A stretch of 64,000 nt of DNA from Orbicella franksi (Eukaryota): NCBI GenBank assembly GCA_964199315.1, contig OZ116709.1, forward strand, positions 12,834,001 to 12,898,000. Reading direction: 5' to 3'. The notes under the pieces are model-generated. The model made no database searches. It was not told where the DNA came from and saw only the letters and a program-made list of their open reading frames with translations. Each line of letters begins with the position of its first letter. Positions within the stretch are counted from its first letter, which is position 1. The position numbers and the translations under genes are program-made. This document shows positions 1 to 12,200 of this stretch, piece after piece.

Positions 1-3000
1 GAACGCCATTCTCATCAGTATACTCTTCAACTTCCTCTTGTGGCTCGTCGTCGGATAGTGCAACAGGAAATTTAACTTCCGCTGGTTCGGTCCGTTGACC
101 TTCTCTTTTGATACTGGTTGTTGTAATGGTTCTCCTGACAATCCGCCTAACACGAACTCCGTTCTCATCAACATACTCCTCAACTTCTTCGGGTGATTCA
201 TCTTCCATTCCCTCGATTTCAGGAATAACTATTTCCCGATTCAAAGTTGCCGAAGGAACTCTCTCCATTACGTCATCGTGGTCAAGATCTTCCTTTAACT
301 CTGGTTTTGTTGACTGCGACGGCACAATTAAGAAAGAAATGTCTCCTGTAGGTTGTCTAGGTTCTTCTGATGCTGGTTCACTCTCCTCCATCCATTCAGG
401 AAGAACAACTTCACGTGTTTGCACTGAAGGAACAACATCATCAGAGTCAAAATAAACAGGAGCTGCTAACTCAAACATCTTTGCACCTGGACCGTCCTTT
501 GCTTCATCAACAGATGTACGGATTACACTTCTTGTTGTAATGGTTCGCCTCACAATTCTCCTCACACGAACGCCATTTTCGTCAATATATTCCTCGAAAT
601 CTTCTGGTGATTCATCTTCAGATGGTGTTAAAGGAAATTTAACTTCCACTGGTCCAACCTCGGCGCCTCCTCTTTTTTTTGTTGCCGTTGTAGCGATTCG
701 TTTAACAATTCTTCTCACCCGAACACCATTCTCATCAATATACTCCTCGACTTCCTCTGGACTTTCACCTTCTGATGATGCAACAGGAAATTTAACCTCC
801 ACTGGTTCAGTCCCTTCACTTTCTCTTTTAATACTGGTTGTCGTGATGGTTCTCCTGACAATCCGCCTCACCCGAGAACCGTTCTCATCAACAAATTCTT
901 CAACTTCTTCGGGTGATTCATCTTCCATTCCCTCGATTTCAGGCATAACTATTTCCCGATTCAAAGTTGTCGAGGTAACTCTCTCCATTTCGTCCTCGCG
1001 ATCAAGGTCTTCTTTTAACCCAGGTTCTTTAGGCTGAGAAGATAGAATTAAGAAAGAAATGTCATCTGTAGGCTGTCTCGGTTCTTCTGATCCTGGTTCA
1101 CTCTCCTCCATCCATTCAGGAAGGACAACTTCACGTGTTTGCACTGAGGGAACAACATCATCAGAGTCAAGGTAAACAGGAGCAGCTGACTCAAACATCT
1201 TTGCACCTGGTCCGTCCTTTGCTTCATCAACAGATGAACGGATTATACTTCTTGTTGTAATAGCTCGCCTCACAGTTCTCCTCACACGAACGCCATTTTC
1301 GTCAATATATTCCTCGAAATCTTCTGGTGATTCATCCTCAGATGGTGTTAAAGGAAATTTAACTTCCACTGGTCCAATCTCAGCGCCTTCTCTTTTTGTA
1401 GTTGCCGTTGTAACGATTCGTTTTACAATTCTTCTCACCCGAACACCATTCTCATCAATATACTCCTCGACTTCCTCTGGACTTTCACCGTCTGATAGTG
1501 CAACAGGAAATTTAACTTCTACTGGTTCAGTCCCTTGACCTTCTCTTTTGATACTGGTTGTGGTGATGGTTCTCCTGACAATCCGCCTCACCCGAGAACC
1601 GTTCTCATCAACATACTCTTCAACTTCTTCGGGTGATTCATCTTCCATTCCCTCGATTTCAGGCATAACTATTTCCCGATTCAAAGTTGTCGAGGTAACT
1701 CTCTCCATTACGTCCTCGGAATCAAGGTCTTCTTTTGACCCAGGTTCTTTAGGCTGAGAAGGCAGAATTAACAAAGAAATGTCTTCTGAAGGCTGTCTCG
1801 GTTCTTTTGATGCTGGTTCACTCTCCTCCATCCATTCAGGAAGGACAACTTCACGTGTTTGCACTGAAGGAACAACATCATCAGAGTCAAGATAAACAGG
1901 AGCTGCTGACTCAAACATCTTTGTACCTGGATCATCCTTCGCTTCATCAACAGATGTACGGATTATACCTCTTGTTGTAATGGTTCGCCTCACAATTCTC
2001 CTCACTCGAACGCCATTTTCGTCAATATATTCTTCGACTTCTTCTGGTGACTCGTCTTCGGATGGTGTAACAGGAAATTTGACTTCCACTGGTCCAATCC
2101 CCGGGCCTTCTCTTTTGATAGTTGCGGTTGTAATGGTTCGTTTTACAATTCTTCTCACCCGAACACCATTCTCATCAATATACTCCTCGACTTTCTCTGG
2201 ACTTTCACCGTCTGATGGTGCAACAGGAAATTTAACCTCCACTGGTTCAGTCCGTTGACCTTCTCTTTTGATACTGGTTGTGGTGATGGTTCTCCTGACA
2301 ATCCGCCTCACCCGAACGCCGTTCTCATCAACATACTCTTCAACTTCTTCGGGTGATTCATCTTCCATTCCCTCGATTTCAGGCATAACTATTTCCCGAT
2401 TCAAAGTTGTCGAGGTAACTCTCTCCATTACCTCCTCGGAGTCAAGGTCTTCTTTTGACCCAGGTTCTTTAGGCTGAGAAGGCAGAATCAAGAAAGAAAT
2501 GTCTTCTGAACGCTGTCCAGGTTCTTCTGATCCTGGTTCACTCTCCTCCATCCATTTAGGAAGGACAACTTCACGTGTTTGCACTGAAGGAACAACATCA
2601 TCAGAGTCAAGGTAAACAGGAGCTGCTGACTCAAACATCTTTGTACCTGGATCATCCTTCGCTTCATCAACAGATGTACGGATTATACTTCTTGTTGTAA
2701 TGGTTCGCCTCACAGTTCTTCTCACTCCAACACCATTTTCGTCAATATATTCTTCGACTTCTTCTGGTGACTCGTCTTCGGATGGTGTAACAGGAAATTT
2801 GACTTCCACTGGTCCAATCCCCGGGCCTTCTCTTTTGATAGTTGCGGTTGTAATGGTTCGTTTTACAATTCTTCTCACCCGAACACCATTCTCATCAATA
2901 TACTCCTCGACTTCCTCTGGACTTTCACCTTCTGATGATGCAACAGGAAATTTAACTTCTACTGGTTCAGTCCCTTGACCTTCTCTTTTGATACTGGTTG

Positions 3001-4240
3001 TGGTGATGGTTCTCCTGACAATCCGCCTCACCCGAGAACCGTTCTCATCAACATACTCTTCAACTTCTTCGGGTGATTCATCTTCCATTCCCTCGATTTC
3101 AGGCATAACTATTTCCCGATTCAAAGTTGTCGAGGTAACTCTCTCCATTACGTCCTCGGAATCAAGGTCTTCTTTTGACCCAGGTTCTTTAGGCTGAGAA
3201 GGCAGAATTAACAAAGAAATGTCTTCTGAAGGCTGTCTCGGTTCTTTTGATGCTGGTTCACTCTCCTCCATCCATTCAGGAAGAACAACTTCACGTGTTT
3301 GCACTGAAGGAACAACATCATCAGAGTCAAGATAAACAGGAGCTGCTGACTCAAACATCTTTGTACCTGGATCATCCTTCGCTTCATCAACAGATGTACG
3401 GATTACACTACTTGTTGTAATGGTTCGCCTCACAATTCTCCTCACACGAACACCATTTTCGTCAATATATTCTTCGACTTCTTCTGGTGACTCGTCTCCA
3501 GATGGTGTTACAGGAAATTTAACTTCCACTGGTCTAATCTCAGCGCCTTCTCTTTTGATAGTTGCCGTTGTAATGGTTCGTTTTACAATTCTTCTCACTC
3601 GAACACCATTCTCATCAATATACTCCTCGACTTCCTCTGGACTTTCACCTTCTGATGATGCAACAGGAAATTTAACCTCCACTGGTTCAGTCCCTTCACT
3701 TTCTCTTTTGATACTGGTTGTCGTGATGGTTCTCCTGACAATCCGCCTCACCCGAGCGCCGTTCTCATCAACATACTCTTCAACTTCTTCGGGTGATTCA
3801 TCTTCCATTCCCTCGATTTCAGGCATAACTATTTCCCTATTCAAAGTTGTCGAGGTAACTCTCTCCATTACGTCCTCGCGGTCAAGGTCTCCTTTTGACT
3901 GAGGTTCTCTTGGCTGGGACGGCAGAATTACGAAAGAAATGTCCTGTGTAGGTTGTCTCGGTTCTTCCGATGCTGGTTCACTCTCTTCCATCCATTCAGG
4001 AAGGACAACTTCACGTGTTTGCACTGAAGGAACAACATCATCAGAGTCAAGGTAAACAGGCGCCGCTGACTCAAACATCCTTGCACCTGGACCGTCGTTT
4101 GTTTCATCAACAGATGTACGAATTATACTTCTTGTTGTAATGGTTCGCCTCACAATTCTTCTCACACGAACACCATTTTCATCAACATATTCCTCGACGT
4201 CTTCTGGGGATTCGTGTTCTGATGGTGCCACAGGAAATTT
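1..4240. repeat. Coding tandem repeat, period 720 bp, about 5.9 copies in window; each unit is 153+153+414 bp
   Basis: Lines at 541, 1261, 1981, 2701, 3421 and 4141 align without indels; sub-repeat starts at 3421, 3574 and 3727. Confidence 0.97.
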
Positions 4241-6289
4241 CATCCTAGCCCTGGTAATCACCATTCTCTTCACCCGAACACCATTTTCATCAATATACTC
4301 TTCACTTTCTTCTGGTGACTCCTCTTCTGAGGGTACTACTGGAGACCTGATCTCCACCCGTTCAAGACCTTGATCTTCCCTTTTAATGGTTGTTGTTGTA
4401 ATGGTTCGCCTCACAATTCTCTTTATTCGAACACCATTTTCGTAAATATATTCTTCGACGTCTTCCGGCGATTCATCTTCTGATGGTACTACAGGAAATG
4501 TTACCTCGACGGGTTCAATTTGTCGAGCTTCTTTCTTAACAGTTTGATGTGGATCGTCCTTGACTTCATCAACCTCCATTGGTGCCTCGTTTTCAAAGGA
4601 CGAGCTTAGAACAGGGATTGTCACTTTTCTTTCAATGTTGATAAAAGACGCATCTTCTTTTATTTCAGGCCTTTCTTTAACCTGGGACACAGAGCTGGTA
4701 ATTCTTTTTGGATAATCTAAACCATCCGCTTTGAGAGGTTCTTCAGGTTTGTCAGGCACAACAACAAACCATTTGGGAACCCGTGGGTACCTTTTAACCT
4801 CGAGTACCACAATCTCTTCATTAAACTCGTCGGCTTCATCATCCTCTGATGTTTCATCATCTCCCTGTACATCGTCTATTTCCACTTGAGGGTCCGCATC
4901 ACGTTCCGTGGGGGGCGTAGGTGATGGTTCCTTGTGCGCCCGTTTTCGTGGTATCTCAGATATCTCGGACAGACCCTCTGGAGGTTCTATTCGTTTACGA
5001 TCGCGAATTTCTAGGCTTTCTTTGTCCTCTTCAAGATCCAGGAGGGATATTACAGGCCGGTGCCTTTCAACAACGGTTGCCGACAGTTCTTCGACGATGT
5101 CCGGTCTCTCAGGGATATGCACTGTCGGTAAAACGGGTTGACGTGGTTCTACCTGTATCGATGAGAGAGAAATCTCCTTTGGTGTTGAAGGTTTTTCTTT
5201 GACGGTTTCGAGCCACTCTGGGTAAGAAACATTTCTTTCTACTCTTGCAAGATTAAAATTTTCGTCTTGATCCATGGGTGGCTGATTATCCTCATGTATA
5301 GGCAATGATGCTGGTGACGGCAACTGAACAGTCACAGGTTGTACAGTTCTTTTCAACCGAGTCGTCAATGTGGTTTTGGTGAGCTTTTGTGTGCGACGAC
5401 CGTCGTCTGAGGTAAACGTGTGAATTCTTTCAGTTTCCTCGGGTCCTTCTCTAAGCTCGCGTTGACCATGATCTCCTGGTTTCAGGACAACTTTCACCGC
5501 CCCATCTCGCAACACCGTCTTGGGAGTAGTGGTAAAAGACGTCCGTACAACTCTTCTTACTCGCTGACCATTTTCGTCTGTGTACTCCTCTACGTCTTCT
5601 CCTGGCTCTGAAGGGACATCAACATCCATCTTCTGGGTGGGTAAACGACGCTCTGACCTGATTATTGTCTTGGTGGTCGTTACTTTAGAAATCCTCTTCA
5701 CCTGGCGACCTTCTTCATCAACGTATTCCTCGATAACTTCTTCGGGCTTCACTATCTTTCTTACTGAACGCTGCAAAGGAATACTCACCTCACTTGGTTC
5801 TTTCTCCAAGTAAACAGGTGCCGCTGATTCCTGCACGAGAGGTTGTCTACCACTGTCCTCCCCAGTCTCATCTTCATCTTCTTCGCTGTAATCTTCTTCA
5901 TCAGATGATCCTCCAAGAAGCGGTCTTCCCCACTCGAACACTGATTTACTTACTACAGCACCTTTCTCGCCTTGTTTAGTCTCTTGTTCGAGTTTGTGGG
6001 GGACTGGAATTTTAAAGCTTTCTATAGTGCCCTTTTTCACTGTGGTAACTCCAAAAGGAGACTTGTCCTCAATAGTTTTATCACCATCAGCGGTTCTTAA
6101 AGCAGACGTTCCTAATTCAAACGGTCTAGCAGATAGCTCTCCTTTGAATCTTGACCTTTCGTGAGTTTCTACGACTTGTGGCTCCGATTTAACTGATTTG
6201 GGAACCTCAAATCCTTCAATCTGACTCTTTTTTACTGTTGTGACCTTAAATGGTACGGTAGAATCGCCGTCTCCCTGAGGCTCATCTTC
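1..6289 (-). CDS. DST/MACF1: Giant exon, at least 2096 codons, acidic/Thr-rich with 240-aa tandem repeats, runs off the window
   Basis: Acceptor TTTCCTTGTATCTTTAG|GAA; no stop found in this frame on reading by eye; begins [21 protein letters not shown]. Confidence 0.9.
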
Positions 6290-9200
6290 CTAAAGATACA
6301 AGGAAATATCATGCATGTCATAAACGTACGAAAAGCTCCCAACAGCGCTCGTTAAGGTACGCACTTGACAGCTGATAGAGCGCCTCCTGCACTCCTGAGT
6401 TCTACATTCTTGCTTGGTTCTTCGGTTGGTGAGGGGACGAACTATTTAATCAGCTTTGTCTAGAGCTATTAATTAAATTAACATGTAGATGGGGTTTTTT
6501 AATAACAAGCAAAAGAGCAAATGCTGCGATAATTGTTGTTGAGAATACGTTCTCAACATTGAAGGTACTTGTCAATCAGTTGCCAAAATAAAATACGAAA
6601 TTCTTTGGAAACCCGTTAAGGTGGGCGGGGCCCAATTAAACATTCACAAGCAAGGCGATAAATCCTCCGAGAGCGAATAAATCATCTAGAATTATATTTT
6701 ACGAACATTTCCTAAGAAATGGTATGGGTTTAAATATAATGAAAATGTCAGAGCGCCACGCCAAGATCCTCGGAAGTTAGTAAAAACACTATCCTAGGTA
6801 ACAACATGTTTTACATCCTTTTCCAAGATTAAATTAATCTCTCAATGTAAATTTACGAGTCCGTGAGCACGTATTTTTCACAAGCAATACTGATGGGGCT
6901 GATATCGTCCTTGATTTCTAAGAGCCAAAGAACCACCAGAAGAAAAAACAACCTTCAATAAACAGCAAACAAAACCACCATCGATCGCTATTTGGGATTC
7001 CCGCGTTTCGAGCTAAAATTTCAAAACAAGTTTCCAAAAAACTAGTTGCCTTTAATGTTGAATTTTATACCTAAGATTTATGACTAAGAAATCAAAAGAA
7101 ATATTTGAAAGAAAGCAGTTTTTTCATATGATCAACTAGACATCACGAGGCTCGTCGAGTCATTTGATTTTGTCGTCGAACTGAGCGTGTATATCCACCA
7201 ATAAGAATCTGTTAAATGCCACTTCACATTGTGTGGAAGACCACGTCAATCAAATATTCAATTTGCGTTTGGTTTTTCAAATTTCCTTGAACTATATCGC
7301 TCGCGATATATAGCATCTTTGGTTCTGAACTAGGCGAAATTTCCAGCACAATGTGCAAGAATTCGTCTTGTTGAACTGATACACGAACTTTAAATTTTCG
7401 TCAGTGACAGAGTCGCATAAAAATCCGTTTTAGTCCGTTATGACCAAATTTGCATTTACACCAACAGAAAACAACTCATGCATTCAAAGTTATAATTCCA
7501 CTCGAAGGAGCCTTGCCACGTTGTTAGAATACATCTTCCCATTCTGCTTAAATCGAACAAATTAAAGCTTCAAAACGCTAAGCTAGCAAACAATTTGCAA
7601 GTAATAATAAATCAAACAGGATAGCCAAAGATTGGAAGAAGACTAACACGATATGAGACCAACGAATTTCAAAAAGTTAGGACAAATACGTTGCTCTTTC
7701 AGCGTCTTAATCAGAGAACAAGTTAAAGGTTCAACTTACATCTTTTCCTTGCTTCCTAAAGAAGCCAAAAACTCGAGCAACAGCGGAGGATATCGGATTC
7801 ATTTGGACGTTCTGTCCGCACGCCGTCGCCAAATAATCATTCACCCTTGAGACAGCAAGCGATTAGCATTGGAAGAGAGCCGCCAAATTCTCCCGAATTG
7901 TTCACGAAGAACTGTCGTATCGCGATATAGACTGTTCATTAACTGTCACCTATGACGAGACGAAAATGTCGCCAAAGCTTTCGAGATGGTCCAACACAAT
8001 AGGCAGAAATTCAGAGTCCCTTGAAATAACATTATAAAACAAATGAATTCAAGACCGAAAGCCGAGTTGCCAAGGTTAACACGTCACAGCAAAACCTGTC
8101 TGATATAGTCGTGCGGATGTGGCAAATTAACAAGTAAATTCTCGAAAATTTATCACTGTCTTGAGGTTATAATATTCTTTCCGCATTCAAAGCAACTACA
8201 AAAGAGAAATCACCCCACTCTAAAATCATAAAGCTGTATTCTTTGATTCAACGCCACCGAAAGAAAAAACAAAGACTATCCCTGGAGGCTATTTCAACGA
8301 CGATTTGTATAACAAAAAGAATGCCAGGCCTTCAATCAAAATGGGAAACCGTCCAACATGGGAAACCGGTCAGAGGGAAAGCAGACAACAGATCGAATTA
8401 GTGTTTAGGGCAACGCTTAGCTTAACTGTTAATTTTTACACATATTGTTAGTCGGAGTTAATTTACGGGGTTAAGGTTAGTTTTTGGTAAGGGTTAGAGT
8501 TAGCGTTACTATGCAATCTGTGTTTTACACTGAACGCATGCGTTACATAGCAATCCTTCAAGATTCGAATGTTCAAGATTCGCACCAAGAAGTCGGGAGC
8601 GTCACCCAAATGGCTACAAGCTGATGTTAGGTAGAATTTTACTAAACTGTACAAAAAAGTATTTACCTCATCCTGCAGTTCACCGTCACCAGGCTCCACA
8701 AACAGCGCGACTGTCACGTTATTTCTATGAGACACCACTTGGCATGCAGGCTACCTAACTGCTTCTCTCAAATGGTCACATAATGGAGCGTGAAGGTGTG
8801 CAGTGTGAAAAGTGAAGGCTGATGCGTGAAGCGTAAGCGTGACGCATGAAATGTGAATCGCGAAACACGAAGAGTGAGACTTATCACGTGAGGGCATGCG
8901 TACAATCTTTCCGGACTCACCTTGTCTCCAACGCGATTTCTGAGCTCCAGAAATCTGGTTTGTAGTTGGTCCCACTGGTTGTTGACTCCGTCCACCTTGT
9001 CTATAACAACACTTGGGTCTTGATCTGTATCCTGTAGATGGCGAACCACCTCCTGTCCAGTCTCATTCGTGTTCGCAAGCTGGTAATTAAGTCTGGTCAC
9101 CTCGAGATCTAAAGCCTTTGGAAAGACAAGGGAATGGTCAAGAGATATTGACCGAGTTTTGAGACTTAAAATGAAAACAATAAAAAGGGGTAAGGACTGT

Positions 9201-12200
9201 TGAGACTGGGAAAGATTGAGATGGGTTAAAAACGACAAACTTGAAAAAGTGTACTCTAATTTGTGATTAGAATTGAGCTATTTTACTTTACCCCGCTGAA
9301 TAATCTCGAAATGCATCAGTTACGGTAAAATCCCAACCATAGTTTCTCTCTTACCTTGACCCGCCTGCTCAGATTCTTGGGATCTTCCTCTTGTAAGAGA
9401 GATTCAATTTCTCCAGTCCGTCGTTTGATCTGGACCGTGAGAGACTGGACCGACTCGTCCAGATTCTTGACTGTACTCCATGTGCTCTCCAGTTCCTTTT
9501 GTCGCTCGTTTGACGCCACCACGATGAACTCCATCCGACCTCGAACGCTAGCAATCTCCTCCTATAGGCAAGGCCAGAAGCCATGTTAGTAACACAACAT
9601 ACCACCTACAAGTAGTTTAGACTTAACGAGCAATGCATTAAAGTGTGGTAACAATTTACAGTAAAACATTTACATACGATAGTTTGGGAATGATTTTAGA
9701 CTAATATTTAGGGCAACCTTAGTTTATTCAACAACTTGCTACACACAAGGGCACTGGCCAAGGTTAACAATGCTAGAGAAGGGAGTTAATACTAGCCTGG
9801 ATTTCGTCGCTTCCAGCAGCTCCTTCGCGACCTTCTAACAAATCATTTCCCGCCTTCAACAACAGCGCAACATCCCCCTTGTTCTGGGCAATTTCTTTCT
9901 GAAGAGTCTAAGAAAACAAGTCGACAGCAGTTCTGTTAGCATAGATTGTCATCAGGTTTTGATTTTCATAATCAGACCATAAAACCAAGCGAAAGCAACT
10001 ATGTCTTTAAATGTACCAAAGTTCTGTTAAGAAACGAAAACAAATTCAACTTAGTCTACGTGGTATCAAAAAGGTATCGTTACGCGTTATTCATGGAATA
10101 GGCAGGGCAAACGAAAATCTGGCATGTGAACTCTCAGTTATAAGTTCAGAATTCACTTTTCATATTATGATAGTCACGCAGCGTTACCTTCCCAAAAGTT
10201 GCATGATGGAAAAGTACTCCTTGCCTCTGTCGTCTGTCTGTCTGTCTAGCTGGCTGTGTCTGTCTGTCGGTCGGTCTGTCGGTGTGTCTGTCTGTCTGTC
10301 TGTCTGTCTGCCTGCCTGTCTGTTTGTTTGTCTCTTTTTCAGTTTACGTGGAAACATATTAACCGGATGGTCGAATAATGCAACGTTTAGACGTGTTTCA
10401 CACATCAGCCCCTGGATCTTACCTTGTGTTCAGATATTTGTCGCCTGATTGTATCCGTATCTCCCCCCACAGGTTCCAGCTTTCCCAGTCTTTTCTCCGT
10501 CCGTCCCAGGAAAATAGTTATATTCCTCACCAGTCTCCTGTATTTCTCCATCTGTAACACTGTCGTCTCTAACGTTACATTGCGCGTTTCCAAACGCTTC
10601 CACACTTCATCGTACCGCGTACGTACTGATGTTAAGTCCTCCTCGAGAGGGCACTGGGGCGTGTCACTGGGCTGCTGGGCTGTGATACTGATGATGACCT
10701 TTCCCAGTCCCACAAGGAGATCGATTTGAGCCTTGTACTGCACGGCTTCGTTCTGTAACGCCTGCAATATAGAGTCAAACACCCCATTACAACTGGGAAA
10801 TTCGTCCGGCTTCTTGAAACTGCAAGGAAGCTGTACATTCCCATTCAGAGATAGGATGTGTGGGTAACTAGCGCAAGCTGTAAATGATGAGTGCTTACCA
10901 CTAAACGGCACCCACTATCCAATCATAGCTCACACTGGGTTACCCACACAGTCCTGGTGTCAAATGGCGACGCTTACTCTCCAAGAAGAAAAAATTCAAA
11001 AATTCGAACAAATCATGGCAAATTTAATATTCGATTTAATTGACCTAAATTATGGAATGAACTCGATGAAAGATTCAAGTGTTGTACTTCTAATCAATTT
11101 AAAAAAGAACTAACTTCGCATTTCATTAGTCTCTGTTAATCTTTACTGATATTTTGATGGTATATATCTATTCATTTTGTTTTGTTTTGTATATTTACTC
11201 TTGTACCAAGTTTATAATATTTATGTGTACCAATGTATTTGTTGTGCCTCTTTCCTGACTCTCACATTTTTAATTATTATAATTACGGTCACCTAACTAG
11301 TTTAGCTTTTTAGTTATTTTGGGTGTCCCACTACTGTATGTACTTTACTGTTTATTTATTTATTTCTAATTATAATCTTGTAAATTCTTTTAGTTGTTTA
11401 CAGTAGTAGAAATAAACCGTTGTTGTGGACTCAGGAGCGGTGACTTACTTTAATACCCTTGTGAATATTTGGAGCATTGGTGATGGAATAAATTGGAATT
11501 GGAATATAGAAGAATAGATGGAATAAGTTGAATATCCAGCTAGGCCCAATGATATAAGAAGTGAGTATCTGGCATTTAAGGCGTACTGTCCTTTGCTTTA
11601 CGTATCATTCGGTAGCTGCATTCTAAAAATAGCTCGAGATTATCCCTGTCTGACCCAACCCTTTATCAAATTTTAAATTCAATTTTTTCAATTTCCTGCA
11701 ACATTTTCCCAATAATTTACCCCCTTCCCCAATGCCGTCATAACCTTCGTATTACCTTCTGTTCTTTCATCTGTGAGCTGAGCACATCAGGGTCGAGACC
11801 CACAGGGGGTATGGAGACAAGCCTCACTTCAATGTTGTCCAACCAGACAGTGACGTTTTTGTAGACTGAGTAAAACTTCTCTGATTGCTCCTGTAATTCA
11901 TCAAACTTAGCCGTGGTGTTTAGCAGTTTAATGGCCAAAGCCTGCCAGTTCTTGTTGACGCGATCTAACGTTTCCAGAATGATGGACTGCTGTTTGTTCT
12001 TCTCCAGATTGATCAGCTCGTGACCTCCTTGATTCACAGATTGGAAAGCTGGCCGCATCTTCTCCACTTCATCTTGGAAATGCTAATAAACAAAAAAACA
12101 GTAAAGCATTACTTGCAAGCGTTTGTAGGAGTTATTGAAATATAGCATTACGTGACATTCTTTTAACAAGCGTTGACAAATCAGTCAAAACCGATCCCCG

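Noticed and set aside
1-4240. Repeat-spacer appearance suggesting a CRISPR array
   Set aside because: The period is 720 bp, the spacers are also repeated, the sequence is coding, and the context is eukaryotic with no cas genes.
108-5979. Ser/Thr-rich + strand ORFs and short 60-aa minus ORFs in the repeat region
   Set aside because: They are antisense or off-frame shadows of the giant exon; they are broken by stops in most units while the true frame stays open.
10011-10448. 145-aa and 73-aa ORFs
   Set aside because: They are produced by the stop-free (CTGT)n microsatellite.
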